Origin: Azolla caroliniana
Lineage: Eukaryota; Plantae; Polypodiophyta
Length of the DNA stretch: 64,000 nt
Assembly (NCBI GenBank): GCA_043228905.1
Contig: JBHGNT010000017.1
Location: 13,454,001-13,518,000, forward strand
Direction: 5' to 3'
Shown: positions 11,376 to 23,041 of the stretch, one piece after another
Layout of the letters: every line of letters begins with the position of its first letter
Numbering within the stretch: the first letter of the stretch is position 1
Position numbers and translations under genes: made by a program
Notes under the pieces: model-generated
Told to the model about the DNA's origin: nothing
Database searches by the model: none
The model's input: only the letters and a program-made list of their open reading frames with translations

Positions 11376-12239
11376 GCCAAGACCCGGACGTGGTTCAATG
11401 TGGTGAAGGGCCTAAAAACGAAAGACAAGTTGGAGACTACCAACTCGGACAAGAGCTGGAACGAATTGGAGGCAACCGATTCTGACAAGAGCTGGGAAAA
11501 ATCAGAGGAAGCCGATTTGGTTTAACAATTTGATTCGAAGGAGCCGGATCAACCAAAGGCCAACCGAACAAGAAGGCAGCAGAAGTTGACATCGACACGG
11601 AGGAACCGATGGGTCGACAAGCGCCGGAGTCATAGCAGCAAAGGAGCTGAGATGGGCCTGTCGACCAAGGAGGTTGAGGTGCGCAGAACCGGACGGGTCG
11701 CGAGAAGCGGAACCGGACTGGACGAGGTCCGCAAGCAAGGCGGGAGGACGCCAGAAGGAGCCGAAGGAAAGGACCGGCTATTGTAGACAATGATACCACG
11801 ATCCAACCTCAAGTTGAGCTTGAGGGGGAGTGTTGAGCGAGCAAGCTCAATCGGATCCTGATCGGCTGAATAAGCCAGAGCAGGATGGTATCCGGAACCA
11901 GGAGCTGGATTAGATTGAAACCGGCAGGTCGTTAGAGGCCTACGGATCTAGCCTAGGACGTATGCATATTTTTGGGAGTCAGTGTTAGTCACTTGTATTA
12001 GCATTGAAGTACCTGTCAGTACTTCTGTTAGTTCTTTATGAACTTATATAAAAGTGCTCTCTGAACACATTCTATGTACAGAACGTTATTATTTTGAATT
12101 AACCTTTTTTTGCGTTCTGCTCTCTCTCCCGTGTATTCTCTGTGTAAGGTCTCCATTAAACCTTCTTCTCTACGTTCTGTTGGGATCCAGCTGAGCTGGT
12201 TTGTCATACACTTCCGCATATTAACTTCCACAATAACTA

Positions 12240-12725
12240 TCCAAGTCGCCCAACCCTCTTAAATATGGTCTCCCAATCATTCTTAGAAAATATATCTTCT
12301 CATGAATCAAGTCTCCCAACCCTCTTAAAAAACATCTCTTCTCATAAAAAGGTTGCCCAACCTGTTTTAATATGGTCACCCAACCTATTACTCAAGTCAC
12401 CCTATTGTATAAATTGGGTCTCCCAACCCTCATAAAAATCATCTCTTCTCATAAACAGGTTGTCCAACCTGTTTTAATATGGTCACCCAACCTATTAAAC
12501 AGGTCGCCCAACCTATTACTCAGGTCACCCTATTGCATAAATCAGGTCTCCCAACCCTCTAAAATAACATCTTCTCATAAACAGGTTGCCCAACCTATTT
12601 TAATATGCTCACCCAACCTATTAAACAGATCACCCAACCTATTACTCAGGTCACCCTGTTGTATAAATCAGGTCTCCCAACCCTCTTAAAAAACATCTCT
12701 TCTCATAAACAGGTCGCCCAACCTG
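12240..12725 (+). repeat. Array of degenerate GGTC(G/A/T)CCCAACC motifs
   Basis: About 18 copies spaced 20-40 bp. The same motif occurs inverted at 27570-27620, 42510-42815 and 47670-47800. Confidence 0.9.
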
Positions 12726-13133
12726 TTTAAAAAAGAAATGGCCAAAAAACGATCATATTAAGCAATAAATTAATCACATATTAAGTCACATTAATCCCTA
12801 AACACCCTCTTGGTAATTAGAGCTCATTCATCCTCCAATTAATTATAGAGGCACACTTTATTCTGTAGAGAATATGCGGAATAATCTTCGGCCACAACCG
12901 AGACTTAGATCACTTAATGATAATCACACACAGAAGAAATGAGAAATGGAAGTACACAAACAGAAGAGAATGCACAGGATGTTAATGTGAAAAACCCTAA
13001 ACGGGAAAAACCACAAGAGCCCACAGACTCCAAACCATCACTATGTCGAGAGGAATACAACAGGTAAACACGGAGGCAGCGACCTTGTACTCACACTCTT
13101 CACATGGCAGCGGTTACAACAGAGACTTACTCT

Positions 13134-13215
<82 letters not shown>

Positions 13216-16200
13216 ACGCTCTGTACAGCAATTACACTCAATAACTCTATACAAAATAATGACAACACACACAGTTACTGTTTGCCCTAGGTCATATTTA
13301 TACTAACATGAATTTCGGGCTATTTACAAATATAGCCCTTGTGGGCTCTCTGGAACATATTTACATATATGTCCCTTCATCCGGTTCTCACCGGGCCTTC
13401 ATCATCCGGCTCTCACCGAGCCTTCATCATCCCATCCTGGGGGACCGAAATCCTAACAAACTCCCCCTTCACTCCGGCATGGGATGCCTCGTCAATTTGA
13501 TCCGCATCCGGCATGCATCCAGCTTGTCGGGTGTCAGCACTTTGGTCAGGATATCTAACCTGTTCTCCTCCATGTGGATCTTCATCAGCACGAACTCTTG
13601 ATCTTCAACTCACTCCCAGATCCAATGGTACCTATGTTGGATGTGCTTCGTCCTGGAATGATACGCCGCGTTCTTCGCAAGGTGGATGGCACTTTGACTG
13701 TAGCAATAGAGCCGGTATTCCTCTTGCCAGATCCCTAGCTCTCCGATGAAGTCCTTCATCCATAGTATTTCCTTGTCGACTTCCACAGCTGCCATGTACT
13801 TCGCTTCTGTGGTTGATAGCGCAATCGTCTTCTGCAGCCTCGACTGCCACGAAACAGCTCCCCCCGCATATGTCATGACATATCCGGATGTGGACCGGCT
13901 GGTATCCGCATTAGCCAACATATCCAAATTGGTGAAACCGTCGAGTTGGGGTTTACCGGAGCCAAATCGGAGACACATACTTGAGGTGCCTTTCAAGTAT
14001 CAGAGTATCCATTTTACCGCGTTCCAGTGCTCCTTGCCGGGATTGCTCATAAACCAGCTCACCACTCCGACTGTGTATCCGATATCCAGTCGGGTACACA
14101 CCATTGCGTACATTAAGCTCCCGACGGCAGAGGCATATGGTATCTTCATCATATCCGCCTTCTCTGCCTTCGTCTTTGGGCTTTGCTTACCGGATAACCT
14201 ATAGTTTGCCGGGAGTGTCGATCCGACCGGTTTCGCATCTGACATGTTGAACCGTTGAAGCACCTTTGTCACGTACTTCTCCTGTGACAGCCACAATTGC
14301 TTCTTTGACTGGTCCCAGATGATATGCATCCCCAGTATCTGTCTTTCCGGACCCAAGTCTTTCATTGAGAAGGTCTGGTTCAGAGCCTTCTTCAGCATCC
14401 GTATCTTGACTTGGTCTCGTCCAACGATCAACATGTCGTCCACGTACAGGAGGAGTATCAGGAAGTCTCCACCTTCAAACTTCTTCACAAACACGCAGTG
14501 ATTGGCCTGCGTCTTGTGGTATCCTTGATCCGTCATGAAGGAGTCGAACTTTCGGTACCATTGCCGGGGAGGCTGCTTCAAACCGTAGAGGCTCTTCTTC
14601 AACCAGCAAACCAGGTGCTCCTTCCCTTTCTTCACAAATCCCTCTGATTGCTGCATGTAGATCTCCTCTTCGAGGTCGTCGTGGAGGAACGCCGTCTTCA
14701 CGTCTAACTGCTCTACCTCGAGGTCCATGCTCGCCGCTATGCTCAGCACCGTCCGGATGGAAGTCATCTTTACTACCGGGGCAAATATCTCGTCGAAATC
14801 CACAGCCTTCTTCTGCTGAAACCCCTTCATCACGATCCTGGCTTTGTACCTTGGGGGGTTGCCGGCATCTCCCGATTTCAACTTGTACACCCACTTATTC
14901 CAGAGTGCCCGCTTTCCTTTTGGCAACTCCACCAATTCATACGTGTGGTTCTCATGCAGGGAATCCGTCTCGTCCTACATGGCACTCAACTACTTGCGGC
15001 TATGGGTGTCCTCATTTGCTTCTTTGAAGCTTTCCGGCTCATCGGTCAGCAACACGCGCTCTGCATCCAGAAATCTCTGGGGGGGCCTTCTCTCTTTGAG
15101 AGGATATCTGCGTCTTTGGTTTCCGGCAACCAGCTCCTTTGTTTGTTCTTCATCCAAATCCAATTCGGGATCTTGGCCGGTTCCGGTTCCTGCTTCCTCT
15201 TCTTCTTCTGCCAGTTCAGTGTCCTCTCCATAACTAGCCGGTTCTTCGAGTGTCAACCGGCTCTTAGCCGGGTAGGTCCGTATCTCATCGAATCAGTCCT
15301 TTCCGGTCGACTCGGAGTTCATTATCTTCTTCTCCGCCTCCCAGTCAGCAAGAGTCTTGTCCTCCATGAAGATAATATCTCGACTCCGGAAAACCTTCTT
15401 GTCGACCGGATCCCACACTCGGTAGTCGAACTCATCATCGTCGTATCCGAGGAATATGCAAGGCCAGGACATTGGGTCCAACTTTGCTCTCCGGTCCTTT
15501 GCCACATGCACGTAAGCGAGACACCCGAAAACCTTCAAATGCCGGTAAGACACTTCCTTACTAGTCCACACTCTCTACAGCATGTCTCCGTCCAAGGGCA
15601 CTGAGGGTGATCTGTTTATCACGTACGTTGCTATCGCCAGCGCCTCAGCCCAAAACGTCTTGGGTAACTTTGCATGTGCTAGCATACTCCGGACCCTCTC
15701 CATTATGGTCTGGTTCATCCTCTCAGCCAGTCCGTTTAGTTCCAGCGTCTTCGGCACGATAAATTCAAGCCGGATTCCCTTCGAATGGCAGTACTCCTCG
15801 AACTGCCCCCGGTATTCTCCTCCGTTATTTGCTCGAACCGCCTTCAGCTTCCAGCCGGTTTCTCTTTCCACTCTCGCGTAGAGCTCCTTGAAGACGGATA
15901 ACACCTGATCCTTCGTCTTCAGCGGTGTGGCTCACAGCTTCCGGCTGTGGTCATCTATGAACGTCACAAAGTATTGCGATCCGGCATGTGACTTCATGTC
16001 CACTTGACACACATCGGTATGCACCAACTCCAATGGTGCATTACATCTCATCGGTGGCCTTGATAGGAAGGAGGTCCGGTTTTGCTTACCGGGCAGGCAA
16101 TCGGTGCACTTCTCAAGGTGCACGTCTTTCACTAGAATGAGTTTGTCATCGGCAAGCCTCTTCATCCCCTTCTCGCTCATGTGACACAGTCTCTTGTGCC

Positions 16201-17811
16201 ACAGCTCACCGGCAATGTCGGATGCAACGCTCACTTCTTCCCGGCATAATCGGGAATTCATTAGGTACAATGTGTTGACTTTCCGGTCTCGAGCCACTAT
16301 TAGGCTCCCTTTGCAGAACTTCATGACACAGTTCCGGATGCTACCTGTGTAGCCTTCATCATCTAGCCGACCGGCTGATATCAGGTTCAGTCGAACCTCC
16401 GGAACATGTCAAACATCCTTCAGTAGCAACTTGCATCCAGTTGATGTCGTCAACAACACATCTCCTATGCTGATAATTCGGCATGTCCCTTCATTCCCCA
16501 TCCAGACATAGCCGTGCTCACCGACTGTGTAGGATGAGAAGCATTTCCGGTCCGGGGTCAGGTGAAACGACACTCCGGAATCGACAACCCACGTTGTCTC
16601 GTCGCCGGCAAGGTTCAACTCACTCTCCTCGGTGATGAGCATCAACTCTTCTTCACTTGCCGTGATTGCCATCGTTCCCTTCCGGTCCGGTCCCCTCCGG
16701 TCTTTACCGTTCCGGTCCGGTGGCCGCTTCGAATCGGTATTGTCGATTTCCATGTCTTTTCAGAAGTGCCGACAATTCTTCTGGAAGTGTCCCAGCTTGC
16801 CGCAATAGAAGCAAGTAGGCCTCCCCCTTGACTTTGACCGTGTCCCCGACTTTTCCCGATTCTGGGGACTACGGTTCCTTTGTCTTCCACGTTCTGATTC
16901 GGTAAGGAGCACTTTGGATTCGGAGATCGTATCTTTGTCTTTCCGACGCACCTCCTCATCTAGCAAGCTCGACTTGACTCTTGCTAGGGATAACTGTTTT
17001 CCTTCCGGCCCGGCGTTGCCCAAAGTGACAACTAGCATCTCCCAGCTATCCGGGAGGGAACGAGTAGGAGCAGTGCTAGTACCTCATTGGCTAGAGGTAC
17101 TTCCAACAATGTTTCTTGGTGAATCAGCCCTTGGAAGGCATTCATGTGCTCCGCCATACTGGAGTCGTCTTGGTACCGGGGCCTCATTAGCTTCTGAAAT
17201 ACCGAAACCTGATTAACAACATTTTTGTTCTGAAACATAATGTTGATCTTCTCCCAGAGTTCATGAGCCTTGCTCTCTTCATTGAAGTTGTTGTACATGC
17301 TCATGTCGATGAAGCACCGGATGTAAGCTATTGTCTTCATGTGCATCACCTCCCAATTCGTGGCGTCGATCTTGTCCAATCTCTTGTCCCCGAACTGAAC
17401 CAGCAACCAAAGATCTTTCACCACGAGCATGTCCCTCATCTTCAACTTCCACACTGAGTAGTTGGAGCCGGTGAGCTTGAACATGCCTCCCAACGAATCT
17501 TCCATTTTCTGTGTCATTTTGCTCTGATACTAGTTTGTAGAGAATATGCGGAATAATCTTCGACCACAACCGAGACTTAGATCACTTAATGATAATCAAA
17601 CACAGAAGAAATGAGAAATGGAAGTAAGTACACAAATAGAAGAGAATGCACAGGATGTTAACGTGGAAAACCCTAAACGAGAAAAACCACAAGAACCCAC
17701 AGACTCCAAACTATCACTATGTCGAGAGGAATACAACAGGTAAACACGGAGGCAACGACCTCATACTCACACTCTTCACCTGGCGGCGGTTACAACAGAA
17801 ACTTACTCTGT

Positions 17812-17868
<57 letters not shown>

Positions 17869-18030
17869 ACGCTCTGTATAACAGTTACACTCAATAACTG
17901 TATACTAAATAATGACAACAAACACAGTTACAGTTTGCCCTAGGTCATATTATACTAACATGACTTTCGGGCTATTTACAAATATAGCCCATGTGGGCTC
18001 TCTAGAACATATTTACATATATGTCCCTTC

Positions 18031-21000
18031 TGTTGGGATTTCGGTCCCTCCGGATGGGATGTCCGGAGATGAATGACGGCAAGCCCGGTTGCGGTTACGG
18101 AGCCGGATGATGAAGACCCCGGCTACGGAGCCGGATGACGAATACCCCGGCTACGGAGCCGGATGCTGAAGACCCCGGTTACGGAGCCGGATGACGAATG
18201 TACCTGGAGAGAGATCCGGATGCGGGGACATATTTGTGAATATGTTTGCCAAGAGCCCTTGAGGCTATATTTGTAAATAGCCCGAAAGTCATATGTGTAT
18301 AAATATGACTTAGGGCAAACAGTTTAAATGTTGTTGCTCGTTTTTATGCGAAGAGAGAGCAGCCGAGAGAGTGAGAGAGAGAGAGAGACGAAGAGGTCGT
18401 TGCCTCTACGAGAGGAAGAATGCGTTGAACCGGACCTCCCTGATGAGGAAGATAGTGAACCTCAAGTACCGGGACGGCGAGAATATGGTGGAACACGTGA
18501 GCACGTTCATGGGATTCGTGAACTAGCTTGCGGCGATCAAGTTCCCGTTGGAGGATGCAATGCAAGCCATCATTCTGATGTGTACATTGCCGGGAAGCTG
18601 GGAGAACTTGGTGGTGACTCTCAACACCTCCTGCACCGAAGATAACTTGTCTCTACAAACGGTAAAGACAAGCATTTTGAACGAAGAAGCGCGTCGGAGA
18701 GATAAAGAACCGGTTTCCGATCCGAAGATGCTGCTTACCGAATCGGATCGGGGAAGACAATGGAACCGGAGTCCGCAAAGACGGGAGAAGTCGGGGACCC
18801 GGTCGCAGTCAAGAGGAAGACCCACATGCTTCCACTGTGGGAAGCCGGGGCACTTCCGGAAGAATTGTCGGCATTACCGAAAGGGCAACGGAGCCGACGA
18901 CACCGATTCGAAGAAGTCACCGGAGAGAAACGGTGCATACCGGGGAGCCACGGACCGGAGAGGTCCGGATTGGCGAGGGCAGGACCGGAAAGGAACGACG
19001 GCACTCGCGGCAAGTGAAGAAGAGATAATGCTCATTACCGAAGAGACGAAGCTGAACCTTGCTGGTGAAGAGATGACCTGGGTGGTCGATTCCGGAGCGT
19101 CGTTCCACCTGACCCCGGAGAAGAAATACTTCTCATCCTACACAGCCGGTGAGCACGGCTGTGTCCGGATGGGAAATGAAGGTACATGCCGGATTGCCGG
19201 CATAGGAGACGTGTGGCTGATGACATCAACCGGATGCAAGATGCTGCTGAAGGATGTTCGACACGTTCCGGAGGTCCGATTGAACCTGATCTCGGCCGGG
19301 AGGCTAGATGATGAAGGCTACACGGGTAGCATCCGGAACGGCGAAATGAAGTTCAGCAAGGGGAGCCTGATAGTGGCTCGGGCCCGGAAAGTCAACACAC
19401 TGTACCTGATGAATTCCCGGTTGTGTCCGGAGGAGTTGAACGTGGCAGCCGACACTGCCGGTGAGCTGTGGCACAAGAGATTGTGCCACATGAGTGAGAA
19501 GGGGATGAAGAGGCTTGCAGAAGACAACCTTATTCCAGTGAAGCATGTGCACCTGGAGAAGTGCACCGACTGTCTGGCCGGTAAGCAAAACCGGACCTCC
19601 TTCCACTCAAGGCCACCGACGAGACGTAGCGCACCATTGGAGTTGGTGCACACTGACGTGTGTCAGGTAGAAACGAAGTCACATGGCGGAGCCCAGTACT
19701 TCGTGACATTCATTGATGACCACAGCCGGAAGCTGTGGACGGCACCGTTGAAGACAAAGGACCAAGTGTTGTGCGTCTTCAAGGAACTCCACGCGAGAGT
19801 GGAAAGGGAATCCGGCAAGAAGCTGAAAGCGATACGAGCGGATAACGGAGGGGAATACCGGGGGCAGTTCCAGGAGTACTGTCGCTCGAAGGGAATCCGG
19901 CTCGAGTTTACTGTGCCGAAGACGCCGGAACTGAACGGGCTGGCCGAGAGGATGAACCGGACCATAATGGAGAGGGTCCGGAGTATGCTGGCGCATGCGA
20001 AATTACCCAAGGGATTTTGGGCTGAGGCAATGTCGACGGCGACGTATGTGATAAATAGATCACCCTCAGTACCTTTGGACGGAGACACGCCGCAGAAAGC
20101 GTGGACCGGTAAGGAAGTGTCCTACCGGCATCTGAAGGTGTTCGGGTGTCTCGCATACGTGCATGTGGCAAAGGACCGGAGAGGAAAGTTAGATCCAAAG
20201 ACCCGGCCATGCATATTCCTCGGTTACGGCGACGACGAGTTCGGCTACCGAGTATGGGACCCGGTCGACAAGAAGATATTCAGGAGTCGAGATATCATCT
20301 TCATGGAGGACAAGACACTCGCCGACTGGGAGTCGGAGAAGAAGATGAAGAGCTCCAAGTCGACCGGTGAGGATAAACTCTACGAGGAGCAGTCCCGACC
20401 GGCAAGGGACCGGTTAGCACTCGAGGATCCGGCCGAAGACGGTGAAGAAACAGAACCGGCCGAGGAAGATGAAACTGATACCGGAACCGGCCCCGATCCC
20501 GAAATGGATTCGGATGAAGAGGAAACGGAGCAGCCGGTTACCGAAGCTCCGGAACGGAGATACCCTCTAAGAGAGAGAAGGGCCCCCCGGAGATTTCCGG
20601 AACCAGAGCACGTGCTGCTAACCGACGAGGGGGAGCCGGAGAGTTTTGAAGAAGCAAAGCTTGACACCCATAGCCGCAGGTGGTTAAGTGCCATGCAGGA
20701 GGAGATGGATTCCCTGCATGAGAACCACACATATGAACTTGTGGAGTTGCCGAAAGGAAAGCGGGCACTTCGAAACAAGTGGGTGTTCAAGCTGAAACCG
20801 GGAGATGCCGGAAACCCCCCGAGATACAAAGCCAGGATCGTGGTGAAGGGGTTCCAGCAGAAGAAGGGCGTCGACTTCGACGAGATATTTGCCCCGGTAG
20901 TGAAGATGACCTCCATCCGGACGGTGCTGAGCATAACGGCAAGCATGGACCTCGAGGTAGAACAGATGGACGTGAAGACGGCATTCCTTCACGGTGACCT

Positions 21001-22841
21001 CGAAGAAGAGATTTACATGCAGCAACCGGAAGGATTCGAGAAGAAAGGGAAGGAGCACCTGGTATGCCGGTTGAAGAAGAGCCTTTACGGACTGAAGCAG
21101 GCTCCCCGGCAATGGTACCGGAAGTTCGACTCCTTCATGACCGACGAAGGGTACCACAAAACGCAGTCCGATCACTGCGTGTTTGTGAAGAAGTTCGAAG
21201 AAGGAGACTCTCTGATACTCCTCCTGTACGTGGACGACATGTTGATCGTCGGACGGGACCAGGGCAAGATACGGATGCTGAAGAAAGCACTTCACCGAAC
21301 CTTCTCAATGAAGGACCTGGGTCCGGCGAGGCAAATACTAGGGATGCACATCATTCGAGACCGGAAGAAGAAGCAGTTGTGGCTGTCACAGGAGAAGTAC
21401 GTAACAAAGGTGCTTCACCGGTTCAACATATCAGAAGCAAGACCGGTCGGATCAACTCTCCCGGCAAACTGCAAGTTGTCCAGCAAGCAAAGCCCCAAGA
21501 CAAAGGCTGAGAAAGAGGACATGATGAAAGTACCATATGCCTCTGCCGTCGGAAGCTTGATGTACGCAATGGTGTGTACAAGACCGGACATAGGATACGC
21601 AGTCAGAGTGGTGAGCCGGTACATGAGCAATCCCGGCAAGGAGCACTGGAACGCGGTCAAGTGGATACTCCGATACCTGAAGGGCACGGCAAACGTGTGC
21701 CTCCGATTCGGCTCCGGTAAGCCCGAACTCGACGGCTTTACCGATTCGGATATGTCGGCTGATGCAGATACCAGCCGGTCCACATCAGGGTATGTGATGA
21801 CGTATGCAGGGGGAGCTGTTTCGTGGCAGTCGAGGCTGCAGAAGACGGTTGCGTTGTCAACCACGGAGGCGGAGTACATGGCGGCTGTTGAAGCCGACAA
21901 GGAAATGATATGGATGAAGGACTTCATTAGAGAGCTCGGTATACGGCAGGAGGAGTACCGACTCTACTGCGACAGTCAGAGTGCCATCCACCTTGCGAAG
22001 AACGCGGCCTATCACTCCCGGACGAAACACATCCAGCGAAGATATCACTGGATCCGGGAAAGGATAGAAGACCAGGAGTTCGTGCTGACGAAGATCCACA
22101 CGGACGAGAACGGCTCAGATATGCTGACCAAAGTGCTCACACCCGACAAGCTGGAAGCATGCCGGAAGAGGATCGGATTGGAGAGACATCCCATGCCGAA
22201 GTGAAGGGGGAGTTTGTTGGGATTTCGGTCCCTCCGGATGGGATGTCCGGAGATGAATGACGGCAAGCCCGGTTGCGGTTACGGAGCCGGATGATGAAGA
22301 CCCCGGCTACGGAGCCGGATGACGAATACCCCGGCTACGGAGCCGGATGCTGAAGACCCCGGTTACGGAGCCGGATGACGAATGTACCTGGAGAGAGATC
22401 CGGATGCAGGGACATATTTGTGAATATGTTTGCCAAGAGCCCTTGAGGCTATATTTGTAAATAGCCCGAAAGTCATATGTGTATAAATATGACTTAGGGC
22501 AAACAGTTTAAATGTTGTTGCTCGTTTTTATGCGAAGAGAGAGCAGCCGAGAGAGTGAGAGAGAGAGAGAGACGAAGAGGTCGTTGCCTCTGTGTATTAC
22601 CGCCACCTGTGGCGAAGACAGTGAGCTCAAGGTTGTTGCCTTGTAGCTTCACCATTGTAAATCTCTGTTCATAGTGATAGTTGGAGTCTGAGGACTCCCG
22701 TGGTTTTTTCCCATTTAGGGTTTTCCACGTAAAACATCCAGTGTACCTTTCTCTCTATTGTCCTCGTGAACTTTGTACTTTTCCGTTTTCTGTGAGTTGA
22801 TCCTATTCCTCGGTTGTGGCCGAGAGCACTGTTTTTCGACA
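18031..22841 (+). mobile_element. Young Ty1/copia E (relative of D) with 5' deletion
   Basis: TSD CCTTC (18026-18030, 22842-22846); 3' LTR 22215-22841; 5' LTR only 18031-18407, about one mismatch to the 3' LTR; PPT GAAGGGGGAG. Confidence 0.96.
18548..22204 (+). CDS. Copia gag-pol polyprotein, N-terminally truncated (first in-frame ATG 18560)
   Basis: 1218-codon open frame with CFHCGKPGHFRKNC knuckle, WVVDSGAS protease, HHCC plus DDE integrase, YVDD RT and RNase H. In-frame TAG just upstream at about 18523. Confidence 0.92.
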   Translation: MEDAMQAIILMCTLPGSWENLVVTLNTSCTEDNLSLQTVKTSILNEEARRRDKEPVSDPKMLLTESDRGRQWNRSPQRREKSGTRSQSRGRPTCFHCGKPGHFRKNCRHYRKGNGADDTDSKKSPERNGAYRGATDRRGPDWRGQDRKGTTALAASEEEIMLITEETKLNLAGEEMTWVVDSGASFHLTPEKKYFSSYTAGEHGCVRMGNEGTCRIAGIGDVWLMTSTGCKMLLKDVRHVPEVRLNLISAGRLDDEGYTGSIRNGEMKFSKGSLIVARARKVNTLYLMNSRLCPEELNVAADTAGELWHKRLCHMSEKGMKRLAEDNLIPVKHVHLEKCTDCLAGKQNRTSFHSRPPTRRSAPLELVHTDVCQVETKSHGGAQYFVTFIDDHSRKLWTAPLKTKDQVLCVFKELHARVERESGKKLKAIRADNGGEYRGQFQEYCRSKGIRLEFTVPKTPELNGLAERMNRTIMERVRSMLAHAKLPKGFWAEAMSTATYVINRSPSVPLDGDTPQKAWTGKEVSYRHLKVFGCLAYVHVAKDRRGKLDPKTRPCIFLGYGDDEFGYRVWDPVDKKIFRSRDIIFMEDKTLADWESEKKMKSSKSTGEDKLYEEQSRPARDRLALEDPAEDGEETEPAEEDETDTGTGPDPEMDSDEEETEQPVTEAPERRYPLRERRAPRRFPEPEHVLLTDEGEPESFEEAKLDTHSRRWLSAMQEEMDSLHENHTYELVELPKGKRALRNKWVFKLKPGDAGNPPRYKARIVVKGFQQKKGVDFDEIFAPVVKMTSIRTVLSITASMDLEVEQMDVKTAFLHGDLEEEIYMQQPEGFEKKGKEHLVCRLKKSLYGLKQAPRQWYRKFDSFMTDEGYHKTQSDHCVFVKKFEEGDSLILLLYVDDMLIVGRDQGKIRMLKKALHRTFSMKDLGPARQILGMHIIRDRKKKQLWLSQEKYVTKVLHRFNISEARPVGSTLPANCKLSSKQSPKTKAEKEDMMKVPYASAVGSLMYAMVCTRPDIGYAVRVVSRYMSNPGKEHWNAVKWILRYLKGTANVCLRFGSGKPELDGFTDSDMSADADTSRSTSGYVMTYAGGAVSWQSRLQKTVALSTTEAEYMAAVEADKEMIWMKDFIRELGIRQEEYRLYCDSQSAIHLAKNAAYHSRTKHIQRRYHWIRERIEDQEFVLTKIHTDENGSDMLTKVLTPDKLEACRKRIGLERHPMPK

Positions 22842-23041
22842 CCTTCATCCGGTGAGAGGTTCTCACCGGGCCTGCAACATCCGGTTCTCACCGGGCCTTC
22901 ATCATCCCATCTGGAGGGACTGAAATCCTAACATATTCATATTGTCATAGAGGCACGTCTTAATCATACTCTAGCTAATTCTATCTTAAATTTTTAATTA
23001 ATCACATTTTGTTATCTAATTAATCACTAATAGAGGCAGAA

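Larger units (their letters stand above)
4729..12232 (+). mobile_element. Ty1/copia element C, 3' remnant (RNase H, extra 3' region, PPT, 3' LTR 11831-~12232), split by two insertions
   Basis: RSTSGYMFSLGSAVVAWSSKRQ...EAEY...YCDN...ADIFTKL up to 5117, resuming after 10772. PPT TTGAGGGGGAG at 11820-11830 is followed by TGTTGAG. Confidence 0.85.
12864..22933 (-). mobile_element. Full-length Ty1/copia D (Tork/Tnt1-like), decayed; 5' LTR interrupted by element E
   Basis: 3' LTR 12864-13458; 5' LTR 17536-18030 plus 22847-22933; TSD TATTC (12859-12863, 22934-22938); PBS TAGTATCAGAGC (tRNA-iMet type, one mismatch); PPT AAGGGGGAGTT; gag-PR-IN-RT-RH pieces 13480-17517. Confidence 0.96.

Noticed and set aside
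12993-13001. CCCTAAA telomere-like motifs (also about 27000 and 27340-27370)
   Set aside because: Single copies in LTR or MULE sequence, not an interstitial telomeric array.
13041-13306. ORFs with ERER/SLSL runs (also 17646-17943 and 59569-59954)
   Set aside because: Translations of LTR microsatellites.
18735-22266. Many overlapping alternative-frame and antisense ORFs in copia E
   Set aside because: Shadows of a GC-rich coding frame with no independent motifs.
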